A DNA stretch of 64,000 nucleotides from Deltaproteobacteria bacterium (GTDB taxonomy: Bacteria; Myxococcota_A; Polyangia; Fen-1088), in NCBI GenBank assembly GCA_033763315.1, contig JANRKS010000009.1, positions 64,001 through 128,000 on the forward strand. Reading direction: 5' to 3'. Below, in pieces: positions 38,473 through 47,468 of this stretch. Position 1 is the first letter of the stretch; every line of letters starts with the position of its first letter. A program made the position numbers and the translations under genes. The notes under the pieces were generated by a model. The model did not search any database. It had not been told where the DNA came from and saw only the letters and a program-made list of their open reading frames with translations.

Positions 38473-39624
38473 TCAAGCGGGGTGTGGCACAAGGCCGGCT
38501 TGCTGTAGGCGGGCCGCGGTGTGATCCAGCAGATAGAGCGCGCCGCCATCCGATTCAAGCAACGGTACGGACGTCACGCTGCTGGCAGGGAAAGTGCTGG
38601 CCAGGCGATCTTTCTGTCGCGCTTGTTCTGTGGCCACGGCATGAACGGTGATCGCTGCAAGAGAGACGGCTTGCGCAGATTCAGCCAACAACGCCGGCGC
38701 GTGCTCGAATGCCGGAAGGTCTTCAAGCGCATGCGCGATCTCGGCTGCGCGCAGCAAGGGCGGTGGTTCCAACACGCGGTTGACGATAAACGCCCTTGGA
38801 CCTACGCCCAACTCCTGCAGTTGCCGCGAAAAAGCGATGGCTTCGTCCATGGCCTGTGGCTCGGCGATGCACACCCCAACCACGGCTGTATCAGGGCCAT
38901 GAAGCAGCGCCTGCACCGCTTGGGTGCGCGCCAAGAAGCCTTCCAAAACAGGCTGAAAATCAGCCAAAAACGCGCCCAAATCCGAAAGGAACCGGCTTCC
39001 AACCAAACGCGAAAGCGCGCGCAAAACCATGCCGCCGCCTGAGCCGAGGCGTGCGACGCTAAGCAGGCGCTGGCCGCCTGTTTGGGGAATCAGCCACTTG
39101 ATCAATGGGCTGGCGATGGCGGCGGCGAGGCGGCTGGGGGCATCGAAGAACTCCAGCGCGTTGGCCGCAGGTGGCGTATCGAGCACCACCATATCGAAGC
39201 GTTTGTCTTCATAAAGCGTTTGCAGATACAAGGCCGCGGCATACTCCTGCGCGCCGGTCAGCGTTGTGGTGATCTGCTGATAGATCGAATTCTCCAGAAT
39301 TCGCTGCTTGCGTTGCGCGTCTTGAGCAAACTCCTGCACCAAGCGGGCGAAGGCTTGTTCCGTGTCAATGCGGGCGGCAAAAAGATGATTGGCGGGGATG
39401 CCCAGCTTTTGTGCCGTCTCGTGCGGCAAACTGCGTGGCTCGGCGTCCAACTGAGGCAGCGCCAAAGCGTCCACCAACCGCGGTGCGGGATCGATTGTCG
39501 CTACAACGGTTCGTAAGCCTGACCGTGCGGCCGCCACAGCGAATGATGCGGCGGTGGTGGTTTTGCCCACGCCACCCGGCCCGGCACAAATCACGAGGCG
39601 CCTGCCAAGCAGCGGGGCTTGCAT
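38473..39624 (-). CDS. ArsA/Get3-related P-loop ATPase (single domain)
   Basis: GPGGVGKTT, TIDPA.RL, VVLDTPP, IVNRV. Confidence 0.88.
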   Translation of the reverse strand: MQAPLLGRRLVICAGPGGVGKTTTAASFAVAAARSGLRTVVATIDPAPRLVDALALPQLDAEPRSLPHETAQKLGIPANHLFAARIDTEQAFARLVQEFAQDAQRKQRILENSIYQQITTTLTGAQEYAAALYLQTLYEDKRFDMVVLDTPPAANALEFFDAPSRLAAAIASPLIKWLIPQTGGQRLLSVARLGSGGGMVLRALSRLVGSRFLSDLGAFLADFQPVLEGFLARTQAVQALLHGPDTAVVGVCIAEPQAMDEAIAFSRQLQELGVGPRAFIVNRVLEPPPLLRAAEIAHALEDLPAFEHAPALLAESAQAVSLAAITVHAVATEQARQKDRLASTFPASSVTSVPLLESDGGALYLLDHTAARLQQAGLVPHPA

Positions 39625-40430
39625 CAGTCCACGCGCAACAAAATAACGGAGACGTTGTCTTTGCCGCCAGCGGCGTTGGCAGCATCGATTAGGTGCTGGC
39701 ACGCTTCCTCAAGATCGCGGTGCTGGTTCAACAGGCCCTCAATGGTGGCGTCCGGCAGCTCGCCCCACAGCCCGTCTGAACACAACAGGTACGTGTCTTG
39801 GCGCATGAACGTCTTCTGATACACCGTGGGCTCGACGTCGTCCTTGCTGCCAAGCGCTCTGGTCACCACGTTCTTCGGCGCCATCGCCGCCAATGCCGCT
39901 TCCGAGATGTCGGGCCGCGCGGCTTTCATCTCTTCGACCACCGAATGATCTCTGGTGAGGCGCGACAATTTGCCCTCACGCAAGCGGTAGGCGCGGGCGT
40001 CCCCGACGTGCGCCACGCTTAACTGTGTCTGCCCGATCGCCAACGCCACCGCTGTGGCCGCCATGCGGTTTAACTCGGGCGCGCGCGCCGCGGCCGCACG
40101 AATGGCCGCGTTTGCCACTTTGAGCCCCACGTTTAGAATGTTGGCCCCCAACGAGGCCTGCTTGGACATGGGGTAGGGCCATGGATCCCGCTCATGCGTC
40201 ACCCGGTGGGTGAAGAACGCTTCCATTTCTTCCACGGTGATCCGCGCGGCCACATCGCCCGCAGAGCGCCCGCCCATGCCGTCGGCGACGACGAACAAAC
40301 CAAGATCCATGCGCATCCCAAACGCGTCTTCGTTGTCCGTGCGAACGATGCCTTGGTGGGTGAGGCCAGCGCAATGCAGGTAAAGAGGAGGGATGGTCTC
40401 GTTTGGGCGGCTCATGACAGGTGGTTCCAC
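39624..40430 (-). CDS. PP2C-type Ser/Thr protein phosphatase
   Basis: R..NED, VADGMGG, HVGDAR.Y, TRDHS, LCSDGL, GGKDNVS. Confidence 0.93.
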   Translation of the reverse strand: MEPPVMSRPNETIPPLYLHCAGLTHQGIVRTDNEDAFGMRMDLGLFVVADGMGGRSAGDVAARITVEEMEAFFTHRVTHERDPWPYPMSKQASLGANILNVGLKVANAAIRAAAARAPELNRMAATAVALAIGQTQLSVAHVGDARAYRLREGKLSRLTRDHSVVEEMKAARPDISEAALAAMAPKNVVTRALGSKDDVEPTVYQKTFMRQDTYLLCSDGLWGELPDATIEGLLNQHRDLEEACQHLIDAANAAGGKDNVSVILLRVD

Positions 40431-40434
40431 GACT

Positions 40435-41943
40435 TTACACCCAAGCGGCGCGCTTCACCTCGTTCTTCCAACGGTCGTAGGCGCGATTCCGGTCGGCGTC
40501 GGACATCTTGGGCTCAAAGCGCGTGACCCGTGTGGCAGACGCGCCGGCGGGCAGGCCCGGCCATGGACGAAGGCCTGCGCCCACGGCCGCCAAACGTGCG
40601 GCGCCGAGGGCTGTCGTTTCAACCATAGACGGACGTTCGATGGGTGCCCCCAACAGATCGGCCTGTATCTGCATCAACAAGTTATTCGCGGTGGCCCCGC
40701 CATCCACGCGCAGCACGTTTAGCCGGCAGCCTGCGTCTGATTCCATGGCTTTCACGATGTCCACGTTTTGAAACGCCATGGCTTCTAACGTTGCCCGCGC
40801 CAGATGGCCTTGCCCCGCGCCACGCGTAAGGCCGCTGATCATGCCACGCGCGTCCGGCCGCCAGTGTGGTGCCCCCAACCCTGTGAACGCAGGCACAATC
40901 GTCACGCCGCCGCTATCGAGAACCGAAGCCGCGAGCGTCTCAATGTCGGCCGCATGCTTGATGATTTGCAAACCGTCGCGAAGCCACTGCACCAGCGCGC
41001 CACAAACGAACGCCCCGCCTTCGAGCGCATATGTGGTGTGGCTATCGGCCGTCGTCCACGCCACCGTGGTGAGCAGGCGATTGTGTGAAACCACCGCCGC
41101 ATCGCCGACGTTCATCAACAAGAACGAACCTGTGCCAAAGGTGCATTTGGCGTCGCCGGGGCTCACGCAGCCTTGCCCAAAGAGTGCCGCTTGTTGATCG
41201 CCGGCCATGCCCGCGATGACCACGCCGTCGTCAAGGCCAGCCACGCCGCGCGTGCGCGCCAAGGTTCCAAAGCATGGCGTGACTTTGGGCAGTACGACCT
41301 TGGGAATGTTGAAGAGAGCGCACAGCTCGTCGCTCCACGTGCCGGTGTGAATGTTGAACAATTGCGTGCGCGCCGCGTTCGACGCGTCTGTGATGTGTTC
41401 ACCAGAAAGCCTGTACACCAAGAAACTATCGATGGTGCCAAACGCCAGTTGCCCGGCTTCGGCGCGGGCGCGCAGTTCTGGATCGCTGTCCAGCAACCAT
41501 TGCAGCTTCGACGCTGAAAAATAGGGGTCAATCAGCAATCCCGTGAGCGCGGCGATGCGGGCTTCCTGCCCCTTTTGTTTGCGCTCTTCGCAGGCACCCG
41601 TGGTGCGCCGATCCTGCCACACAAGCGCGGGCGCCACGGGCTTGCCCGTGCTCTTATCCCACAGCACGACCGTTTCACGCTGGTTGGTGATGCCGATGGC
41701 TGCGATCACGTGATTTTGTGAAAGGCTGGCTCTGGCGGCTGACAAAGCAGCGAGAACGGATTGCCAGATCGCTTCCGGATCGTGTTCCACCTGGCCTGGG
41801 GCTGGATAACTTTGCGGGATCTCCTGGTAGCCCCGTCCCACAATGTTCTCGTCACCGTCCAACAAAAGAACGGTTGTGCCAGTGGTGCCCTGATCGATCG
41901 CGGCGATGAGCGGTTGCGACGTCATCGCCGCAGTGTACGTCAA
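40435..41943 (-). CDS. glpK: Glycerol kinase
   Basis: IDQGTTGT, GITNQRET, WQDRR, DPYFSASK, GDQQAALFG, AFTGLGAPHW, VDGGATAN. Confidence 0.96.
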   Translation of the reverse strand: MTYTAAMTSQPLIAAIDQGTTGTTVLLLDGDENIVGRGYQEIPQSYPAPGQVEHDPEAIWQSVLAALSAARASLSQNHVIAAIGITNQRETVVLWDKSTGKPVAPALVWQDRRTTGACEERKQKGQEARIAALTGLLIDPYFSASKLQWLLDSDPELRARAEAGQLAFGTIDSFLVYRLSGEHITDASNAARTQLFNIHTGTWSDELCALFNIPKVVLPKVTPCFGTLARTRGVAGLDDGVVIAGMAGDQQAALFGQGCVSPGDAKCTFGTGSFLLMNVGDAAVVSHNRLLTTVAWTTADSHTTYALEGGAFVCGALVQWLRDGLQIIKHAADIETLAASVLDSGGVTIVPAFTGLGAPHWRPDARGMISGLTRGAGQGHLARATLEAMAFQNVDIVKAMESDAGCRLNVLRVDGGATANNLLMQIQADLLGAPIERPSMVETTALGAARLAAVGAGLRPWPGLPAGASATRVTRFEPKMSDADRNRAYDRWKNEVKRAAWV

Positions 41944-42773
41944 TTGCCAGGCAGGTGGCGCGCAAAGAACTTCGCCAAAGCTTGCGCGAGCACGTGTTTT
42001 TCGAGATCAATTCCGGCCAAGTGACCCGAGCGCGCAAGCCACAGGCGTTCCACATCTTCGCTGCCAAGGCTGCCAGCGATTTCAAGCGAATCCTCCAAGG
42101 GGATCGTTTCGTCCTTCTGACCGTGCGCCACCAATGCCGGCTGTTTGATGCTGGGCAAATCAGCACGCACCACCTGCATCAGATCCAACAAACGGTTGAG
42201 CGCCGGCAACGGCATCACAGGCAGGCCGGGGTTCTGGCTTTTCATCGCCGGATCCTGCACATCGGGTCCGCCCCACTTCGGCACATAACCGAGGGGGCTG
42301 TTCACCATGAAATCAGGCAGCTTGTTGAGCCATCGAATGCCGCGCACCTGCGACGCTTTCATACGTAAGGGCGTGGCCACAACCGCGAACGCCGCCACAT
42401 CTTGCGGCCGCTGCTTGGCCAAACGCAACGCCAGCAAACCACCCGTTGAAAAGCCAACCACGCCTGCCGGTCGCCCGTTGTTGGTCGCCAAGACCCGATC
42501 GAGCGCTTCATTCGCTGACGCCAGCCAGTCCTGCCAACCCGTCTTAACGAGAGCTTCGGGCGTTTGTGCGTGACCGGCCAACACGGGACCCACAACCGCG
42601 TATCCTTCCTTGCCGAGCGATTCGCCTAACGGACGCACCTCGAACGGCGTTCCGGTTAGGCCGTGCAAACAGACGATGCCTCCGCGTGTGCCCGCAATCG
42701 AAAACGGGCTGGTGTCGCCGCTGCCTTGGCTGGGCGTCTTGGTGAGCTTGGCCCAGGTTTCTTTGAAGGACAT
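41940..42773 (-). CDS. Alpha/beta-hydrolase carboxylesterase (monoacylglycerol-lipase-like)
   Basis: LHGLTGTP, GFSTGG nucleophile elbow, D at QKDETI, H at SGH. Confidence 0.88.
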   Translation of the reverse strand: MSFKETWAKLTKTPSQGSGDTSPFSIAGTRGGIVCLHGLTGTPFEVRPLGESLGKEGYAVVGPVLAGHAQTPEALVKTGWQDWLASANEALDRVLATNNGRPAGVVGFSTGGLLALRLAKQRPQDVAAFAVVATPLRMKASQVRGIRWLNKLPDFMVNSPLGYVPKWGGPDVQDPAMKSQNPGLPVMPLPALNRLLDLMQVVRADLPSIKQPALVAHGQKDETIPLEDSLEIAGSLGSEDVERLWLARSGHLAGIDLEKHVLAQALAKFFARHLPGN

Positions 42774-43002
42774 GTTCGTTCGGTTGGTGGTGGGAGAGTG
42801 TAAGGAACGGCTGGCTTGCACATCTTAGAGCGTAAGGCGCGCCACAGGAAGGCGTGTGTGCGGGAAAAAGTTGCCGAGTTCAGCAAAGTTACGCCCAAAA
42901 GACATTAAACCGGGACGGCGCGCCAGCCGAAGAGGGAAGGAGAAGGAAAACCGCCAAAGGAATGACGATGAGGCGGTTATGCGACGGGAAAGCCGAACAA
43001 CA

Positions 43003-44493
43003 ATGAATTTAGCCGTGTCAGAGGGCAACGCGCGCAAGGCAAGTGGCACGCCACGAAGCCCAAGCCGCGTGCGCCCGCAGACGCCGCATCGTCGCGTGTT
43101 GATCGTGGATGACGAGGAGAACCTTCGCCACATGCTGCAGCTGATGCTGCGCAAAGAAGGTTATGAATCAGTGGGCGTGGCTGACGTGCAAAGCGCGCTG
43201 CAGTCGTTGCAAAGTGATTCGTTCGACATCGTGCTCACCGATCTGCGTATGCCCGGGCGCAGCGGCATGGAACTGGTGGACGAGATCCGCCGCCAACGAC
43301 TGCCTTGCACGGTCGTTGTGATGACCGCCTACGGCAGCAAGGATGTGGCCATCCAAGCGCTTAAGCACGGAGCTTACGACTATATCTCTAAGCCGTTTGA
43401 TTCGGATGAACTGATCTTGCTCCTGCGCAAAGCCGAAGAGCGCGAACGCTTGGCGCAAGAGAACGTGCGTTTGCGCCGCCAACTGGCTCAGGTGCCGGCG
43501 GTGACCGGCGTGCCCGGCATGGTGGGCACCGCCCCGTGCATGGCTGACCTTTACCGAACCATTCAAAAGGTCGCTGAGTTTCGAACCACCGTGCTGATTC
43601 AAGGGGAATCGGGCACCGGGAAAGAGCTCGTGGCGCGAGCGCTTCACGCGCTTTCCCCGCGTCATGCGGCGCCCTTCGTGGCGATCAACTGCGGTGCGAT
43701 CCCGGGCACGTTGCTTGAATCCGAATTGTTCGGCCACAAACGCGGCGCCTTCACGGACGCAAGCCGCGATCACAAAGGCATGTTCGAAGAGGCCAACGGC
43801 GGCACGATCTTTTTGGACGAGGTGGCCGACATGCCCATGCCACTGCAGGTGAAGTTGCTCCGCACGCTGCAGGAGAGCCACGTTCGTCGTCTCGGTGATG
43901 AGCGTGATGTGCCGGTGGACGTGCGCGTGGTGGCGGCGTCGGCGCGCGAGCTATCTGAAGCTGTGGCGTCGGGGCAGTTTCGCAGCGACTTGTTTTATAG
44001 GCTCAATGTCATCACATTGCGCGTTCCGTCGCTGCGTGAACGGCGCGAGGACATTCCGGCTTTGGTTGCACATTTGCTTGAGCGGCTCAACGAACGATTG
44101 GGCTTGAGCATTCAACGCGTTTCCAACGCTGCGATGGCGGTTATGATGGATGCGCCTTGGCACGGCAACGTTCGCGAACTTGAGAACGCGCTTGAGCGCG
44201 CGATGGTGTTGGCCGAAGGCGATGAGGTCACCGCGGCTGGCTTGCCGGCGGGCCTTGCCACCGTTGCGTCCGGGCCTGCCGCTGATGTGCAGCTACGGCC
44301 CGCGTTGCGACGCGCAGAAGAGCGTGTCATTCGCGAAGCCCTGCAAAGCACGAACGGCAACCGAACGCAGGCCGCTTTGCGCCTTGGCGTTTCCCACCGC
44401 ACGCTGCTTTACAAAATTCGAGAACACGGACTGGGCGCTGACGACGTTCCCGCGCCAGAGGCAAGCGACGACGTTCAGGAGAATGAGAAATGA
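43003..44493 (+). CDS. Sigma54-dependent NtrC-family response regulator (same position as the regulator upstream of pilM in Myxococcus)
   Basis: Receiver, GESGTGKE, ELFGH..GAFTDA, W.GNVRELEN, Fis HTH. Start uncertain. Confidence 0.92.
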   Translation: MNLAVSEGNARKASGTPRSPSRVRPQTPHRRVLIVDDEENLRHMLQLMLRKEGYESVGVADVQSALQSLQSDSFDIVLTDLRMPGRSGMELVDEIRRQRLPCTVVVMTAYGSKDVAIQALKHGAYDYISKPFDSDELILLLRKAEERERLAQENVRLRRQLAQVPAVTGVPGMVGTAPCMADLYRTIQKVAEFRTTVLIQGESGTGKELVARALHALSPRHAAPFVAINCGAIPGTLLESELFGHKRGAFTDASRDHKGMFEEANGGTIFLDEVADMPMPLQVKLLRTLQESHVRRLGDERDVPVDVRVVAASARELSEAVASGQFRSDLFYRLNVITLRVPSLRERREDIPALVAHLLERLNERLGLSIQRVSNAAMAVMMDAPWHGNVRELENALERAMVLAEGDEVTAAGLPAGLATVASGPAADVQLRPALRRAEERVIREALQSTNGNRTQAALRLGVSHRTLLYKIREHGLGADDVPAPEASDDVQENEK

Positions 44494-44523
44494 CCCCGGA
44501 CGGGCGTAACGCAAACTACTTTT

Positions 44524-44552
44524 TTGACAGCGCATTCGATGCGGCTTACTGT
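44524..44552 (+). promoter_or_regulatory. Sigma70-type promoter for pilMNOPQ
   Basis: TTGACA, 17-bp spacer, TACTGT, about 85 nt upstream of the pilM ATG. Confidence 0.6.
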
Positions 44553-44637
44553 GGTTTACAATTCACCACATGTAGTTTCTGTTTCGTGAACCGGCGACAA
44601 CCTCGCGTAATCACACGCGAAGGGGAAGGACTGACGC

Positions 44638-45693
44638 ATGGCGCGTAACTGCGTAGGCCTCGACATAGGGTCGAGCTCGATCAAAATGGTCCAGTTAAAG
44701 GAAGCTTCCGACGGCATCCACCTGGTCAATTTTGGCATCGAGCTTCTGCCCTCCGAAACCATCGTCGACGGCGCCATTATGAACCAAACGGCGGTGGTGG
44801 AAGCCATTCGCCGGCTGCGCGACAACTTGCGCATTCGCCAAAAGGACGTGGCCACCGCCATTTCCGGGCACTCGGTGATCATCAAGAAGATCCAGGTGCC
44901 CGAGATGACGCCCGAGGAGCTTGAAGAGCAGATCCCGTGGGAGGCTGAACACCACATCCCGTTTTCCAAAGACGACGTTCACATTGATCACGAGATCCTG
45001 AACAAGAGCAACGGTCAGGGCCAGATGGACTTGATGCTGGTGGCCGCCAAGAAGGAAGTGGTGGAGGACTACTCACTGGTGGTGCGCGAGGCGAAGCTGA
45101 TGCCCAGCGTGATGGAGGTGGCGGCGTTTTCAGTGCAGAACGCCTTCGAGGTGGCTTACTCCATGCCTGCCGACGAAGCGGTGGTGCTGGTGAACGTGGG
45201 CGCTGCGCTTTCAAATATCAACATCGTGGCGGGCGGGACCAGCGCTTTTACGCGCGACGTGACGATGGGTGGCGACGCGTTCACAGAAGAAATTCAAAAG
45301 CGCCTGAACGTGAGTCGCGATGAAGCGGAAGCGTGGAAGATTGGCTCCACGGGCGACGGCGCGCACGAAGTGATTCCGCAAGAAGTGGAAGCGGTGTTGA
45401 CTGAAGTGGCCGAGAGCATGGCCGGCAAGTTTCAGCGCTCGCTCGATTTTTTCTTGGCCACCGCGGGCGATTTGAAGCTGACCAAAATCTATTTGTGCGG
45501 CGGCGCGTGCAAGGTGCCCGCGTTGCAGAAGGCGCTGGAATCCCGGGCCAAAGTGCCGGTGGAAGTGATGGATCCATTTCGCCGCTTCATCGTCGACGAG
45601 AAGAAGTTCGACATGACCTTCTTGCAGGAGCACGCGCCCGAGGCCACTGTCGCTGTGGGTCTTGGGCTGCGCCGCGTGGGGGATAGGCAATGA
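44638..45693 (+). CDS. pilM: Type IV pilus actin-like protein PilM
   Basis: GLDIGSSSIK, EAEHHIPF, LVAAKKE, LCGG..KV, AVGLGLR. Confidence 0.96.
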   Translation: MARNCVGLDIGSSSIKMVQLKEASDGIHLVNFGIELLPSETIVDGAIMNQTAVVEAIRRLRDNLRIRQKDVATAISGHSVIIKKIQVPEMTPEELEEQIPWEAEHHIPFSKDDVHIDHEILNKSNGQGQMDLMLVAAKKEVVEDYSLVVREAKLMPSVMEVAAFSVQNAFEVAYSMPADEAVVLVNVGAALSNINIVAGGTSAFTRDVTMGGDAFTEEIQKRLNVSRDEAEAWKIGSTGDGAHEVIPQEVEAVLTEVAESMAGKFQRSLDFFLATAGDLKLTKIYLCGGACKVPALQKALESRAKVPVEVMDPFRRFIVDEKKFDMTFLQEHAPEATVAVGLGLRRVGDRQ

Positions 45694-46331
45694 TTCGCAT
45701 AAACCTCCTCCCCCAGAAGAAACAACGCAAAGCCGAGGCGGGCCAAAAGCAGCTCGTCTATATGGCGTTCTCGCTCTTGGTGGTGGTGGGCGGTCTGGTG
45801 GTGCTGCACATGAGCGTTCAAGGCGAGCTGGACGCCATCAACCGGGACAACCAAGTCATTCAAGCCGAGATCGACAGGTTCAAATCAGAGCTTGGCGACT
45901 ACGACAAAGTGCGCGCGCAGCGCGAAGAGCTTTTGCGCCAGCAAGATACGATCAAGAAACTCGAAGAGCGCCGGACGGGGCCCGTGTTCCTGTTGCGCGA
46001 AATCGCTGAGATCTTGACCGCAGGCAAGGGCCCCACGTTCGACCGTCTGACTTACGAAGAGACGGTCAGGCGCGATCCCAACTCGGGCTTCAACGCCGCG
46101 TGGGACGTGCGACGGGTGTGGCTGCAAAGCTTCGAAGAGCAGGAGCGCCACGTGAAGATCGCGGGCGCCGCGAAATCCAACGAAGACGTCGCTGAGTTCC
46201 TCAAACGGTTGCAGGCGTCTGTGTTCTTTCAGAACGTTGTTCTGGAGCAGACATCGCAGGTGGCTTCGGGACGCGCCAACACCAACGTGAAACACATGAC
46301 GTTCAACCTCAGTACCGGAGTGATTTACTGA
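45690..46331 (+). CDS. pilN: PilN
   Basis: MIRINLLP N-terminus, TM, coiled coil; operon order. Confidence 0.93.
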   Translation: MIRINLLPQKKQRKAEAGQKQLVYMAFSLLVVVGGLVVLHMSVQGELDAINRDNQVIQAEIDRFKSELGDYDKVRAQREELLRQQDTIKKLEERRTGPVFLLREIAEILTAGKGPTFDRLTYEETVRRDPNSGFNAAWDVRRVWLQSFEEQERHVKIAGAAKSNEDVAEFLKRLQASVFFQNVVLEQTSQVASGRANTNVKHMTFNLSTGVIY

Positions 46332-46332
46332 C

Positions 46333-46926
46333 ATGAACGAACTTATCGCAAAGCTGCTGAAGCTGAAGACGCCCGCCAAGGTGGGCGCCTGCATTGGCGC
46401 AGCGGTTGCCATTTGTGGCCTCTACTACGTGGCGTTCTATCAAGACGTTGATGAGGGCATCACCCGCGCCAAGGCAGCCCAAGAAGCCGCCAAACAGGAA
46501 CGCGAATCTTACGAGAAACGCAAGACTGAATACTTGGCGTATCGCAACGAGCTGACGTTGTTGCAAGAAAAGCAGCGCGAAATTTTGCGCGCGCTGCCCA
46601 AGGAGCAAGAAATTCCATCGTTCATCAGCAGCATTCAAGAGCAGGCCGAATTGGCCGGTCTCGAAGTGCTGACGCTGAACATCGACGACGAGCTGCCCGA
46701 GCCGCTTTACATCAAAATTCCTGTGAAGATGGAAGTGCGCGGCAGCTACCACGCCATCACCAAATTCTTCAAGAGCGTGTCGGAGCTGCGGCGCATTGTG
46801 AACGTGGAAGAGTTGGCGATGAGCCCCGAGCGCACCGTGAGCGAGGCCGAAAGCGATGCGCCCGTGAAACTGCGCGCCCGCTTTATTGCGGCGACCTTCC
46901 GTTACCGCGAAGGCAAAGGGAGCTGA
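46333..46926 (+). CDS. pilO: PilO
   Basis: LP...EIP, Y.KIPV...VRGSYH....FF..V..L.RIVNV. Confidence 0.93.
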   Translation: MNELIAKLLKLKTPAKVGACIGAAVAICGLYYVAFYQDVDEGITRAKAAQEAAKQERESYEKRKTEYLAYRNELTLLQEKQREILRALPKEQEIPSFISSIQEQAELAGLEVLTLNIDDELPEPLYIKIPVKMEVRGSYHAITKFFKSVSELRRIVNVEELAMSPERTVSEAESDAPVKLRARFIAATFRYREGKGS

Positions 46927-46928
46927 CC

Positions 46929-47468
46929 ATGAAGAATGTGCAAGCGCTTTTGATTGCAGGCAGTGTGGCCTTTGCGGGGGTGGGGACGGGCGCCTTGGCT
47001 CAGGCGCCAGCCAAGCCTGCCGCTGTGGCGACCGGCACCATCGCGCCTGCCGCGCCTGCCACCCCCGAACAGCGGATGACGGTGTTGCGGCGCAAGGTGT
47101 TGCGCGATGAGGATTTCGTTGAATCGGATGTGAATCGCGATCCCTTCCGATCGTTTATCTCCTTGTTTGAAACCAAGGCCGCGCCGACGTCTCGGGCGAT
47201 GCCCGCCATCTTCGATAAGTTTGCGCTTGAAGAGCTTTCGCTGATCGCGGTGATCTCCGGCACCGAACGGCCTATGGCCATGTTTCGAGATCCCGGAGGC
47301 ATGGGGCAGGTGATCAAGCGTGGTGACTACCTTTCAAAATCGGGGGCCCGGGTGACCAAGATCCTAGGCGACCGCGTAATTCTTGAGCTCAATGAGGTCG
47401 TCGGGACTGGCGAAGCCCGTGCGATCGAAAAAGCGATTCTCGTCAATCCGGAGGCAGCTCAACAATGA
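46929..47468 (+). CDS. pilP: PilP
   Basis: RDPF motif, L.L.AVI, AM..DP.G.G..I..G; operon order. Confidence 0.85.
   Translation: MKNVQALLIAGSVAFAGVGTGALAQAPAKPAAVATGTIAPAAPATPEQRMTVLRRKVLRDEDFVESDVNRDPFRSFISLFETKAAPTSRAMPAIFDKFALEELSLIAVISGTERPMAMFRDPGGMGQVIKRGDYLSKSGARVTKILGDRVILELNEVVGTGEARAIEKAILVNPEAAQQ

Noticed and set aside
38473-39624. Arsenic resistance locus
   Set aside because: No arsR/B/C/D nearby, and the protein is single-domain without the tandem ArsA architecture.
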